64,000 nt of DNA from Blasia pusilla (lineage: Eukaryota). The notes beneath the pieces were generated by a model. That model searched no databases. It was not told where the DNA came from and was given only the letters and a program-made list of their open reading frames with translations. Shown piece by piece: positions 40,128 to 53,586 of the stretch. A program made the translations under genes and the position numbers. The stretch's first letter is position 1; each line of letters starts with the position of its first letter. Location: contig CM114271.1 in the NCBI GenBank assembly GCA_050084515.1, positions 45,570,001-45,634,000 of the forward strand, given 5' to 3'.

Positions 40128-40889
40128 AACTAGCTGAGTATCCTAGATTGCAAGGATTTACAATTAGCTTTTTATTACATTTCACATGTGTTCATAACTC
40201 TTAACACAACCTAATTGGATTGAAATGGAGAAAATATCTAGGCATTGAATTGTAGGGTTAATGGATTGGATTAAGGATAGTAGAGTATTACTCCCATTTC
40301 AAAATTACCAAGATGCCCTATCCTAGGGGAAAAAATTATGACCATGGTTGAATTGGTTCAATAGATAAAGTAGCTCTATCTTTTTTAGGAATTATTACTC
40401 TTTCAGCCCAATAGATCAATACCTTACGAATGCCATCTTGAGTTTCCATGTCACACTTAGTTTTCACCATAAGGAAATTGATATATCTAGTCATGGACCC
40501 TTTGGTTTTAATGACCATAATCTTTTAGTTGTGCACCATTTTTTTCTTTGCTTTATGATTTATCCAAGTTTGTTGAAGAGCATCAAAGCAAGAGTATTAA
40601 GACACCTTACTAATGACAAAGGATTAAATTGATAGGGGAATTGGTGATGGGATTCTAGATCTATAGTGCAAAGATTATCCTTAGAAAGGTGTCGTGATTT
40701 TAAGTTCGTCTTATGTCTCAGACAGCCCACGATATGGTGTGGTTCTTGAATTTAGCTGTTCCGGTCATGAATCAACTGCAAGATGTCCTCCACCTGGACG
40801 ACACAACGCTGGTGGACAAGTATTTACAAGGCTTACATGACCTCAACTGTCGGGCTTAGGCTTCGTCCAACCATGAAGTACAGTGGAAA

Positions 40890-41645
40890 GTGGCGGAAAC
40901 AACTCTTCAGTTGCGGGATCAAGAAATCGAAGACACCAAAACCACGCTTCGCAAAGTTCAAAGCGACTTAGTCCAAAATCAGTACGAAGCACGTAATGCA
41001 CGCCAATGGGAGAGCTTGGCGATTAACCTGGAGTGTGGGGCTGATCAGTTAGCTTCGCAGATCAAGGAAGCTTCGCACCTCATTCAACAATATCGACACC
41101 AGATACATCGCGTGCACAACGAATTCAAGAAATTGGCCACCCAACATGCTGAATCTTCGAAACTGCTTCAAGAACAGCAAGAAACAAACAAAGACTTACT
41201 AGCGCAATGGTCAGAGGTTATAGGGAGGATCGCGGTATTGGAAGCGGAGCAAAAACTGCTTAACAAAGTGCAGTTAGGCCCGAAAGATATCAAAGAGTTA
41301 ATCGAGGAAGCTGCCAAGAGTTTCGAAGAACAAATGAATGAAGAAATCGACTACATCAACAAACATTGGAAGCGCCAATTTGACAATCATACAAAGTCTC
41401 TTCCCGAAGTTGTACCCACTCTTTCAATTACTCTTGAAGACTTACCAGTATTTACTCCATCTGATGTCTTAGTCCAGAACGAAGTACTAGGGAGTAAATT
41501 AGTTGTTAACAAGTCGCGAGAAAGAATGCGCAATCACACCCCTAACATTATCAACAAACCTTCTACTATTCACGGTCGTTTTGTGCCTACATCTGAATTT
41601 GATAGTTTAGATGATACTTTTATGGAGATAGGAGAAACATCATGA
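40890..41645 (+). CDS. Coiled-coil ORF upstream of the PPT (5'-truncated retroelement accessory ORF)
   Basis: 251-aa ORF with heptad-like composition; paralogue at 44051-44965. Confidence 0.5.
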   Translation: MAETTLQLRDQEIEDTKTTLRKVQSDLVQNQYEARNARQWESLAINLECGADQLASQIKEASHLIQQYRHQIHRVHNEFKKLATQHAESSKLLQEQQETNKDLLAQWSEVIGRIAVLEAEQKLLNKVQLGPKDIKELIEEAAKSFEEQMNEEIDYINKHWKRQFDNHTKSLPEVVPTLSITLEDLPVFTPSDVLVQNEVLGSKLVVNKSRERMRNHTPNIINKPSTIHGRFVPTSEFDSLDDTFMEIGETS

Positions 41646-41684
41646 AGTGTTCGCCGGGGCGGCTCACATTTGAGGGAGGGGGTA

Positions 41685-42941
41685 TGTGATACCCACAATT
41701 TTGTACTCTTGAAGAATATATCTTTTTATTCAACGAAGACTCTTGTATATTATGATTTTTATTATGATTATTTATTATTATGAAGAAGAATGAGTGAATC
41801 ACGAAGCTCCTAGGACAAGGCAGAGAGATGGAAGATCAAGGATTTGCCTTAGAGGAGAGGAAAACACAAAACGAAGTCTCAAGACTCAGAACGAAGCTTA
41901 ACGAAGCTCAACGAAGATGTACGAAGCTCTGTTTTTGAAGTACTTTGCTACATAACGAAGCATCACGAAGAAAAGAAGAAAGAAGTACTTCGCTCTTGCA
42001 CGAAGAACGAAGCACCAGAATTAAGAACGAAGCATGAAGTACTTCGTCCTCGAAACAAGAGGAAGAGCTTCGTCCTCAAGGGAAGAAGAAGAAGTCCAAA
42101 CTTCGCAGCGAAGTGAAGCTAAGAAGGACTGTGATTTCAAGCGACACATAGTTAGAACAATTAGACTAGGAAAGGGCGCGACCCTTTGTATTAAATTGGT
42201 AGTTAGGACAGTTTTGTACTACGGATTCACAGGGATCACAGGAAAAGCTAAGAGAACCATAGATCTAGGTAGTTAGAAACAGTGAAGAGACACTAGCTTC
42301 ATCAAGAACGTTTCGAATCTTAGGATCACTTCCATTCTAGCAAATATTTAAGAAGCAAGGCAGAAGCCATAATCATCATTCTCTTACGAGGTCCTTATGT
42401 TGTAGGAATGGTCCGAGCAAGAGAGTAGTACCCTCTCGAGCTTGTATACACTTTGTAGCTTTCTCGTTCTTGATGGAGTAGTAAAGCAATCATTCATTCA
42501 TTCTGATGTGCGATGCTTATGTCTGAGTATTCTTTTTGGTGCAGAGTGAAGAGTGAACCATTGGAACCTTTCTCATCAATGAAATAATCAACATGAGTTG
42601 TAAAAAATCTGTTTGATAGAGAGTAGCCTGCCGAGACGGATTGAGTTTCGAAAGTAGGAGAAGCCAACTTCCATGTTGAGATCTCTGTGAGGTTTCTTGA
42701 TGTCGAGAGGAAAATCTACCTGAACATGCTTTCAATTCCACTAGAGAGAATCGAGAAAAGATCCTTTGGTACTAAGAAAGATTAGAAGATATTGATAAGA
42801 CATTGAATATAACTCACACACATTTAAATACAACTATTACAACAGAATTGTAATTCAGAACTCTCTTTTCATCAAACAATGATCCTCTTGGGGATCGAAC
42901 TTATTAAAACGACTATAAACTAGAATCACTTGTACATTACA
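41685..42941 (+). repeat. LTR, 1257 bp
   Basis: TGTGATACCC..GTACATTACA after a PPT; similar to 45441-46660. Confidence 0.88.
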
Positions 42942-43039
42942 AAGCGCCAGACTAACTGTTGCAGTTCCGGCGCCAACACCAATAGCCGCAAAACGTTGGG
43001 ACTATATAAGCGTCCTTATGGAACCAGACGGGTATTTTC

Positions 43040-45401
43040 ATGGATAGGGTAAACACAAAGTTGCGGAGCAGACCAAAGCGGGGCGTTCACCGAGATCGAC
43101 GTACTAGCATGCCTCGTGAAGACTCCACGCCCATTCTGCGAAGTGCAGCAATGCCTATGGTCAAGCTGTCCCCAGAGCTGGTCGAAGCAATGGAAGAGCG
43201 ATCTTTGGCGACTTTCTTTCAATCAAATTGGACATTGACATCATGAGAAATCCTCGGGGAGCTTCGTTCCTCAACGGTAGCAGCCAAGTTTCGAAGAAAG
43301 GGTCTTTGATATCGAGCTCAGCCCCAACAATGGACATCGGATGATTAGCGAGCCACTTATATGCTCCCGGCTGCTCCAGAGTATGAGTACGATACTGAGG
43401 CCCTGGTGAAACACGAAGATTTGTTGGCACTCGGCCGTGTAACGTCTGATCGTCTGGGCAGGAATGGTTATAAGGCTACGTCGCTATCTCCACCATTGTT
43501 TGGACAGTTTTGTAAGCATTTGATGACGTTATTTTATCCCGCTCGATCTTACTACCTAATAAATAAGCTCGTCAGGATGTGCTATATCCTTTGGAATTAG
43601 CACCTGGACCCCGAAGCACCGGGAGTCAACTTCGCTTCCTTTGTCGACGAGCACGTACGAGAAATGCTGGAGGCACTTCATCCAAGCACAAAGTCATTCT
43701 TATCTCCTTTTTTAATCCATCTATATATTCATAAGCAGGAATTAACGGCAGACGAAGCGCTCGATTGGTCGCAAGTCACTCCCGTCCGCTTACCAAGAAA
43801 GAGCGGAGCGGTCACTAGTGGGAGCCGCGAAGCCACACCGCCACGCAAAGCAGCCCTAAAGCAACATCCGCATACTTCGGCTTCAGGCAAAGTTGAGGAA
43901 TTCACCGAACTGCCGAGACCGAAGCGCGGCAGGGTCAATTTCAAAACACCCTCGGAACTAGAACCTGCTACTCAAGAGGACTCCGATGAGACGCCCCATA
44001 CTAGCAATCACCGTCCTGCACTTCGTCTCATGTCTTAGACAGCCAACGATATGGTGTGGTTCCTGCATTTAGTTGTTCCGGTCATGAATCAACTTCAACA
44101 CGTTCTCCACCTGGACGACACAACGACGGTGGACGAGTATTTACAAGGCCTAGATGACCTCAACTGTAGGGCCCAAGCTTCGTCCAACAACGAAGTACAG
44201 CGGAAAGTGGCGGAAACAACTCTTCACCTACGGGATCAAGAACTCGAAGACACGAAAACCACGCTTCGCAAAGTTCAAAGTGACTTAGTCCAGAATCAGT
44301 TCAAAGCACGGAACGCGCGCCAATGGGAGAGCTTGGCGATTAACCTAGAGTGTGGGGCTGATCAGTTAGCTTCACAGGTCAAGGAAGCTTCGCAACTCAT
44401 TAAACAATATCGACACCAGATACATCGTGTTCTGAACGAATTCAAGAAATTGGCCACCCAACATGCTGAATCTTCGAAATTGCTTCAAGAACATCAAGAA
44501 ACAAACAAAGACTTACTAGCGCAGTGGTCAGAGGTTACAGGGAGGATCGTTGTCTTGGAGGCACAGCAGAAACTGCTTAACGAGGTGCAGTTAGACCCTG
44601 AAGATGTCAAAGAGTTAATTGAGGAAGCAGCCAAGAGCTTCGAACAACAAATGAATGAAGAGATCGACTATATCAACAAACATTGGAAGCGCCAATTCGA
44701 CAATCATACAAAGTCTCTTCCAGAAGTTGTGCCCACTCTTTCGATTACTCTTGAAGACTTACCATTATTTAATCCATCTGATGTCTTAGTCCAGAATGAA
44801 GTACTGGGGAGTAAATTATATTGGATTCTCAACATCCACTCCTCTGAGCACCATTTATTTGATCAGCCCCCTTGTATGAGGAGAAGCCTAGATCGATGGT
44901 TCCGACTTAGACGTCGAAGGAGTCATAGTAATATGGCGAGGTGGTTTCGGAGTAAGCGTTACTAGGTTTATCTAACCTATATTGCATCGGGTGGGGGCAC
45001 CTGATGCAATATAGGTTAGATATAGGCAAATTTTTCTATTAATAGAAACGAAGAAAAATAGGTAAAAACCTAGTTTTCCCGAGTAGTCAAATAGTCGGGA
45101 GCCGCAGCGGTAGCGCATTCTCGTATGTCGAGTTATCTCCCAGTTCAGGTTCCATCGAAGCTCTTCTGTGAGCGCACGGACGGACTAGGCCACTTTGTAT
45201 CTCTAAGTTTTATAAAGATTTTAGTGATTTCGTCACTTTCTGTTTTCTCACAAATTAGTTGTTAATAAGTCGCGAGAAAGAATGCGCAATCATACCCCTA
45301 ACATTATCAACAAACCTTCTACTATTCATGGTCGTTTTGCGCCTACACATGAATTTAATACTTTAGACGATACTTTTATGGAGTTAGGAGACACATCATG
45401 A
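43040..45401 (+). pseudogene. Long accessory ORF in the retroelement 3' region (globular N-part plus coiled coil), with stops and an insertion
   Basis: Same-frame ORF pieces 43040-43246, 43361-43600, 43664-44038, 44051-44818, resuming after 45257; TATA-like CTATATAAG near 43002. Confidence 0.6.
44819..45252. mobile_element. 434-bp insertion (probable small solo LTR), TSD AATTA
   Basis: Absent from the paralogous unit (GTAAATTAGTTGTT near 41494); AATTA at 44814-44818 and 45253-45257; ends TCTCACA. Confidence 0.75.
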
Positions 45402-45440
45402 AGTGTTCGCCAGGGCGGCTCACATTTGAGGGAGGGGGTA

Positions 45441-46660
45441 TGTGATACCCATAATTTTTTACTCTTGAAGAATATATCTTTTTATTCAACGAAGACTCTT
45501 ATACATTATGATTTTGATTACGATTATTTATTATTATGAGGAAGAATGAGTAAGATTAAAATGAATCACAAAACTCCTGGGACAAGGCAGAGAGATGGAA
45601 GATTAAGGATTTGCCTTAGAGGAGAGGAAAATGCAATAACGAAGTCTCAAGACTCAGAACGAAGCTGAACGAAGCTCTGTCTACAAAGTGCTTCGCTCTA
45701 TAACGAAGCATACCGAAGCATGAAGAAGAAGAGAAAGGAGTACTTCGCTCTTTTGAGAAGCGCGAAGCACGAAGCACCTGAAATAATAATGAAGAATGGA
45801 GCGCTTCGTCATCATGAAGTCCAGCGAAGCGAAGCTAAGAATGATTGTGATTTCAAGCGACGCATGTTAGAACAGTTAGACTAGGAAAGGGCGCGACCCT
45901 TTCTATCAAATTGGTAGTTAGGACAGTTTTGTACCGCGGATTCACAAGGATCGTAGGAAAAACTAAGAGAACCATAGATCTAGGTAGTTAGAAATAGTGA
46001 AGGGACACTAGCTTGATCAAGAACGCTTCAAATCTTTGGATCACTCCTACTCCAACGAGTATTTAAGAAGCAAGATAGAAGCCATAATCATCATTCTCTT
46101 ACAAAGTCCTTATGCTGTAGGAATGGTCTAAGCAAGGGAGTAGTACCCTCTCGAGCTTGTATACACTTTTGAAGCTTTCTCATTCTTGATGGAGTAGTGA
46201 AGTACTCATTTCTTCATTCTGATGTGCGATGCTTATGTATGAGTATTCTTTTTGGGTCTGCAGAGTGAAGAGTGAACCAGGCGAACCTTTCTCATCAATG
46301 AAATAATCAACATGAGTTGTAGGAAATCTGTTTGATAGAGAGTAGCCTGCCGAGATGGATTGAGTTCCGAAAGTAGGAGAAGCCAACTTCCATGTTGAGA
46401 TCTCTGTGAGGTTTCTTGATGTCGAGAGGAAAATCTACCTGAACATGCTTTCAATTCCACTAGAGAGAATCGAGAAAATATCCTTTGGTACTAAGAAAGA
46501 TCAGAAGATATTGATAAGATATTGAATATAACTCATACATCTTTAAATACAACTATTACAACAAAATTGTAATTCCGAACTCTCTTTTCATCAAACAATG
46601 ATCCTCTTGGGGATCGAACTTATTAGAATGACTGTAAAATATAAACTCTTGTACATTACA
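45441..46660 (+). repeat. LTR, 1220 bp
   Basis: TGTGATACCC..GTACATTACA after a PPT. Confidence 0.88.
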
Positions 46661-46945
46661 AATGGTCTCTAGTTTAGTTTACTTACAAATTTACTTACAT
46701 GTGCAGCCCATGGATGGAACTCCATCACAACCCATAATGCCTTCGCAAGATGCGGTAATATAATTGTACATATGGATGAATATTCAACTATCTTTAGATG
46801 TATGATTGGTATGTAATAAATTGAGTGGTAGAAGCCTATCATTATGATTTCACTAATCTTTATTCATCAAATGGTCTCTAGTTTAGTTTACTTACAAATT
46901 TTCTTACATGTGCAGCCCATGGATGGAACTCCATCACAACCCATA

Positions 46946-48105
46946 ATGCCTTCGCAAGCATATCCCCCTCCTCCACCCCCATGGGCACAAAGCGAGATGC
47001 CATGATGGGTACCTATGATGATGCAATCACCGATGGGTTATGGAAGTCAATTTCAGCCACCATCGACCAATGGAGCTCAATCATCTATGAACATCCCATC
47101 CCCATGGGTAAGTAGGCTTACTATTCTGCCCTTTCTTGTTTTGCACACGGGAATTCAATTAATTGGAAGTCTAACTAGCTAATTGTATTTCTTTTGTGGA
47201 CACAAGGGACATGGGCCATTCCAACCGCCGCCCCCAACACCGTTGGCACCTCCATTGGCTAACGGGAATACGGACAACGAATTATACCGTAGGTCTCAAT
47301 CTTGCGCAACACCAAGCCCATCAGAAAATTTGACCCCGCAAGCAGGTGCATCTAAAGGTAACTTCTCACTTGGTTCCGAGTTTGCAAATTTATATTGAAT
47401 AGGTTGTTGTATTATGAAAGTTGTGAAACTGTTACTAGTATAAGTTGGTCTTATAGTTAATATAGTTCAACATAATTATGATTTGGTGAGTTAAAAATTT
47501 TTTGCCCTACATTTTTTACATCTGAGAATTGGGATGGTGGTATATTTGTAGGAGAACGGCAGAGTCGCACAAAGCGTGATTTGTGGACTCGTGATGTGTC
47601 CATTAGGAAGGAGCAGAACTTAAAACCTAGATGTGAGCTCATGCCAAATGGTATTCCGTCGCCTAGAGTTCCAGGTTATGAGCCTTGGCTAAATGAATTG
47701 AAGGTATGGGTGATGAGGTACTTGGACTTATCATGCATTGAGATTAGTAAACAGAATTCTATCAGCATGGCTGCTGTTCAGAATCACATCCTTGAGGCAT
47801 ACACATATGTTGGTGCATCATCTCTTTCGCTTGATTTCATGAAGAAAAAAATAGCACAACTATTGAAAACCGAGCGATCCAATGTCAAGAACTATTGGAC
47901 ATTACATGGGGCTCATCGTGCAGTCCCGTGCCACCCTGATACCGATGAGGAGTCATGGAATCGATTAGTAGATTATTGGCTGTATGAGGAGGGCAAAATG
48001 AAGGCAGAAAAGATGGCTCGAGCAAGGGCCAAGGTCCAGACTTTAAATTTCTCCGGCCGTGCAGGTTTAGATGGACTTGATGTAAGTCATCTTGGCATTC
48101 CCTAG
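46946..48105 (+). pseudogene. CACTA/En-Spm TnpA-like (Ptta-type) gene remnant with Pro-rich N-terminal exons
   Basis: EESWNRLVDYWLYEEGKMKAEKMARARAKV..SGRAG resembles the Ptta/En-Spm family motif. Confidence 0.65.
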
Positions 48106-48664
48106 TTTTCTTGCTAATGTTATATAATGGTAGAAAACTTCCATTATTGCTTCATTTCCATATTTGCATTGAACCCTTTCACATGCATGAATTTCATAAT
48201 TTATGTATTTAAGGAACATATGGAGGTGCAACAACGTACCTCAAAGGAGTCCTTGGGCACGGGGCTAGAATGTATGGAGAGAAACGAGTTGCCTAAGCAA
48301 CCAGGTTTCACACAATTGAGTTCATCGGTTAATGTAAATGCATAACTCTTTACTTACCCGTTGGCTTACGACTCTTTACTTACCCGTTACCCGTTGACCT
48401 TCATCTGATTGGTTCATGGAGTTAGTATCATATCCTTAATCATGTTGAATTATGGTGTTAGTATCATGGTTGTATCTGAGTGTGTAATTGCAAAACCATA
48501 GTTTTTTGGTACCTAATTGATCGTTGGATTATATATGCAGAGTGTGGAATCTAGAGTCACTATTCAATTGGAAGAAGTGGAAAAGAAATAGAGCGCAGAT
48601 TTGGATGATGTGAAGTTGCATATGGAACGGCAGAACAAAGCATTAAGTGTACTCATGAAAATGG

Positions 48665-50400
48665 TAAGCTATTGGTTACAAATGGGTTTACAAAATCAAG
48701 TGCAATCAAGATGGTACAATTTACAGATAGAAAGCGAGATTGGTGGCTAAGGGCTATGCACAATAATATGGCATCGATTGTGAGGAAACATTTAGCCTTG
48801 TTGCAAAGATGGCGACTACGAGAACAGTGGTTGCAATTATAGTAAGTAAGAAGTGGAGATTACATCACATGGACGTCAAGAATACCTTCTTGAATGGAGA
48901 TCTATACAAGGAGGTATATATGACTCAACCACCTGGATACGAGCATCCTAAGTTTCCATTTCGCGTATGCAGGTTGAAGAAAGCTCTATATGGGCTCAAA
49001 CAAGCTTCTAAGAGCTTGGTATGGCAAGATCACATACGTCCTACAAGATTTGGGTTTTAGGATATGTGATTCTGATTGCCCGTTATATATCTTGAGAGGA
49101 CAAGATCATATGGTTCTCATTGTGTTGTATGTTGACGATCTCCTGATTAGTGGGAGTACTGAAGAAATGGTACAACAAGTCAAGCTTAAGTTACAAGCAA
49201 ATTTTGATATCAAGGACTTGGGAGAACTTGAGTACTTTCTTGGTATTGAGTTTATCAAAGTTGGAGAGAGCATGTGGTTACTACAACGACAATATGCTCT
49301 TCATATGCTTTCAAAATAGGATATGACGGCTTGTAAGCCAATCTCTACATCGTTACATCAAAGTGTGAAGCTAAGAGTGGATGAAGGAGAGTTGCTTGCA
49401 GATTCTAATATGTACAAGTGCATGGTTGGAAGTTTGATCTATCTAACTTTAACTATATCAGATTTGATTTATATTGTTGGCCTAGTGAGCCAGTTTATGC
49501 AAGAACCTCAAAAACCTCACCTTGACGCTGTGAGGAGGATTATACGATTTGTGAAATTCTCTATTCAATTCGGGCTTCAATTTGAACTGTCTCCGAGTTT
49601 TCAATTAGAGGGATTCACAGATGCTGATTGATTAGGAATCGTGTCTGATCGACACTCCACATCTGGTTATACATTCTTTGGGAAGCGCAGCTATACGTTG
49701 GGCTTCAAAGAAGCAACCTACAGTTGTTTTATCTTCAACAGAGGCTGAGTACAGAGGAGCAACCAATGCAACATGTGAGGCGGTGTGGCATCATCGATTA
49801 CTTCTTAAGATTGGTGTTAGTAACTTAGGACCTAGTGTAACATATGCAGACAATATTAGTAGCATCAAGCTTGCTAATAACCCAATGTTTCATGCTCGTA
49901 CAAAGCATGTTGAGGTGCACTATCATTTTATTAGAGAGAAAGTGCTTGCAAGAGAAATTGATCTTGTGCATATAAATACAGATTGGCAAATTGCTGACAT
50001 CTTTACAAAGGCATTGTCTAGAGATAAGTTTGAGATGTTTAGAAATAATTTAGGCGTTAGAGATATCGATATGAGCTTAAGGGGGAGTATTGAAGATAGA
50101 GTTACAATCAAGCTGATGAGACACCTGAATTGCTATATTTGGTACTCACACGAAGTAGGGAAGCTTAATCTTGGTTAGTCAGTTAAGCAAGATTCTCTTA
50201 ACTAGGGTAAATTAATCATAGTTAGTCTAACTCGAGACTATGGTTAAGGTTAGGGTTAGGTTTGCTTGTATATACCTTATATAATTGAGAAGGGGATCAT
50301 CTTCCATTCATTCTCTCATTGCAAATTTTGTTCTCCATGGTGGTGTGTGAGTGTGAGAACCGTTTTCCACCAGTTATGCTTCTTTAGCAGTGTTCCACAC
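48665..50400 (+). mobile_element. Ty1/copia 3' fragment: RT, RNase H, PPT and probable LTR from 50088
   Basis: KARLVAKGYAQ, HMDVKNTFLNG, LKKALYGLKQA, LYVDDLL, GFTDAD, SSTEAEY, HARTKHVEVHYHFIRE, ADIFTKAL; TTAAGGGGGAG at 50077-50087. Confidence 0.92.
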
Positions 50401-50404
50401 TTTT

Positions 50405-51835
50405 ATGATTGGTCATTTGGAGATTTTTTATGACGCAAAAGTGCATGTTCCAACAAGATTTCATGATTTATAGGCCAGCGGAAGAAGAGGGGAGCCAAAA
50501 AATGTCAAAGAAAGAGAAAGATGAATGATGTAGGAGTAAAGGTCCAAGTCTCCTTTCAATTTTACTTGTGTTACCCACGCACCCGAAGCTCTCACCGTTG
50601 GATGGACGTGAAACACAAGGGATGTAGGTTTGGCAATGTCCTCTTGCTCTTTGACGGTGTGGATCTTGGATATCATTCTCTATACTCAGTTAAAAATTTG
50701 GAAACCTCACTTAGGGTTTTTGATTTTGAATTCCTTCTATAGGTAGTCATTTGGATATTTTTTATGATGCGGAAGTGCATGTTCCAACAAGGTTTCATAA
50801 TTTATGGGTCAGCGGAAGAAGAGGGGGGCCAATAAATGTCAAAGAAAGAGGAAAATGAATGATGTAGGAGTGAGGTTCCAATTCTCCATTGAATTTTACT
50901 CATCTTATTCACGCACTTAGAGCTCCCACCGTTGGATGGAAGTGAAACACAAGGGATGTGGGGTTGGCAATGGCCTCTTGCCCTTGGATGGTGTGGATCT
51001 GGGATATCATTCTCCATATTAAGTTAAAAATTCTGAAGCCTCATTTTGGGTTTTTGATTTTTAATTCCTTCTATGGGTTGTCATTTGGAGATTTTCTTTT
51101 TCTATTGGGAGCATGAGATGGAAGTGCATGTTCCAAAACGTTTTCATGATTTATGGGCTAGCAAAAGAAGAGGGTAGCCAAAAAATGTCAAAGAAAGAGG
51201 ACGATGAATGATTTAGGAGTAAGGTTCCAAGTTTCTATTGAACTTTACTCGTCTCATCCACGCACCCGGAGCTCCCACAGTTGGATGGACGTGAAACACA
51301 TGAGATGTGGGGTTGGCAATTCCCTCTTGCCCTTGGACAGTGTGGACCTTGGATATCATTCTCCATCCGCAGTTTAAAATTCTGAAACCTCACTTACAGT
51401 TTTTGAGTTTTAATTCCTTCTATAGGTGGTGATTTGGAGATTTTCTATCACACAGAAGTATATGTTCCAACAAGGTTTCATGATTTATGGGCCAGCGGAA
51501 GAAGAGGGGGGCCAAAAAATGTCATAGAAAGAGGAAGATGAATGATATAGGAGTAAGATTCCAGTCTTCTTTGAATTTTAATCATCTTACCCATGCACCC
51601 AAAGCTCCCACCATTGGATGGACGTGAAATAGGCGGGATGTGGGTTTGGCAATGCCCTCTTGCCATTGGACGGTGTGGATCTTGGATATCATTCTCCATA
51701 CTCAGTTAAAAATTCTGAAACCTCATTTAGGGTTTTTGATTTTGAATTCCTTCTATGGGTGGTCATTTGGAGATTTTATTTTTTCTGTTAGGAGCGTGAT
51801 GCAGAAGTGCATGTGCCAAAAAGGTTTCATGGGCA
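50405..51835. repeat. ~340-bp tandem repeat, about 4.2 copies
   Basis: GTCATTTGGAGATTTT..GTGCATGTTCCAA..GAAGAAGAGGG recurs near 50410, 50744, 51078, 51428, 51760. Confidence 0.9.
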
Positions 51836-53284
51836 CGGGGATGAAAGAATAAAGTTTGGACGTGAGATCAATATGGTGTTGGACGTTTATGAGAGTTTAG
51901 ACACGGATGCATCGATGTTGATACATCGTCTACTAATGTGAGGATGACAAGGATATTTTTTGAATGACGTGGAATGTGAGGGATTTTGAAGGCTTGATGT
52001 GGCATGAAAGAGGAGGATGACATGGGAACTTGATGACGTGGGGTTCGTGTTTGGCACAATTGACTAGGGGGTTCGTGTTTGGCACGGGATAAGAACAACG
52101 AGCACGCAAAGTGGAGTGGGCCATTTGAGCTTGTTGTGAACCGAGAGGTCGGTGTGCACGATTGAGATTCCCAAACCACTCTGAATTCAATGACCCTTCA
52201 TTGGATGGCTTTTTGGCTTGGTGTCACCCGACTTGCTATCTCCCAAGTTCACACCTTCCCATTCGGAGGTTTTTCAGACCTCTACTTTCTTTTTTTTCTC
52301 AGTCTTAACTCCTTGCCAACGCGCCCTAGCTACTTTGTCTACTGCGTACACAAGAGCATGAGTGACAAAGAGTGTGTGCCTACTTTTTAATTTCCAATTT
52401 CTGAAATGTGAACCAGATTCTTGATATATATCCTACAATGCAAGCGGCAATATTTGCAGTATTTCAAGACGTTGGGCAATGAAAACCGAGTGCTATATCA
52501 AAATTGGAGCTTGGATGTTTGCTGAGCTGACGCTGCATTTGATTTCAAGTACTCCCTTGCAAAGTATGAATGCACCATGTATGTACTAGTGTGTTGTATG
52601 CTCGCCAGTGCTCCCCTGCAAGGAACAAATGTAGTCTACTACTATGTAGACTCTCGTTGATTACATGGACATAATGGCTCTGGTCCCCAATAATGATAGA
52701 ACGTAGTCTACTACAATGTAACATTAGTAGCTTGAATCAAGGATCTACATTTTGACTGAATGTGTTATGATACGAAGAATCTCAGCATGTAAATATTGAA
52801 TCCAAATTTATATTTGGTAGCTTTTGTATTCCTCTCGTGTATTACACTCTGTAGTAATTTTCTGCCCACCTCATGAACTTGTTTGAGATATAGAAAACCA
52901 AACATTGGCTAAGGTCTTTGTAGGATGTTAATCAAATAGTCCAGAAATATTTTCTCATCAATTAGGGTAGCTGGAAATCGGCCCAGTGAATCATTTAGGC
53001 AGAAATAGTTCCACTTTTGGCAGCTCAATGAGTGAAGAAGGAAAAACTTGCTTGGAAGATCTTGAATCTTACAACTTTCCCTTTTTATTTCATCAAAATA
53101 AGAAGATAATGAATCTAGCAGGCACTAGCTCACCTACCATTGTCGTTTGATGTTGCAAAACCAGATGGGTCTTTTGCCATCTGGGCTATGGGCAGTACTA
53201 ACACTACCAATAGCAATAGATCCAAGAGTCCTTGAGGCCCAATGTACTGCACCTCCTATTGAATAGATCTACATTGGTAGCATA

Positions 53285-53440
53285 TGTGGATAACTTGCGC
53301 TTTTTAGGATTTGATACTAGAGTCCAGGTTTTATTTTTGTGGAAAGACGCAATTTTAACCTCCGTAGCAGTTTGCCATTCATGAACATCTAGTCTAGAGA
53401 GGGCATTTGTTATAGTGATTGGATCAGATTGGATACAAAA
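53285..53440 (-). pseudogene. Copia RT N-terminal fragment
   Basis: DPITITNALS..EWQTATEVKIASFHKNKTWTLVSNPKKRK resembles EP.T..EAL..W..AM..E..SL.KN.TW.LV..P..RK. Confidence 0.65.
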
Positions 53441-53586
53441 CGAAATAAGAATGTTTGAGCCAGCAACATCATAACTATGTTTTGGTCTAGATGTTTGTAA
53501 TGACTTCTTGTGATGAAAAGAAGTGGGCAGATGTCTCATGGATTTTTCTTTAGCAACAGCACTTGCAAGATCCAATAGAGCGCCTT

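Larger units (their letters stand above)
31156..40709. repeat. Inverted segmental duplication: arms 31156-34672 and 36932-40709 around a 2.26-kb spacer
   Basis: The arms are reverse complements across exons, introns and 3' flank. Confidence 0.93.
40710..46660 (+). mobile_element. Tandem of two LTR-retrotransposon 3' ends (ORF-PPT-LTR twice), no gag/pol visible
   Basis: PPT GAGGGAGGGGGTA precedes both LTRs; 40710-41684 is homologous to ~44027-45440. Confidence 0.8.

Noticed and set aside
46661-46960. Possible primer-binding site (AATGG) after the LTR ending at 46660
   Set aside because: The same ~90-bp sequence recurs at ~46870, so it belongs to a flanking direct repeat.
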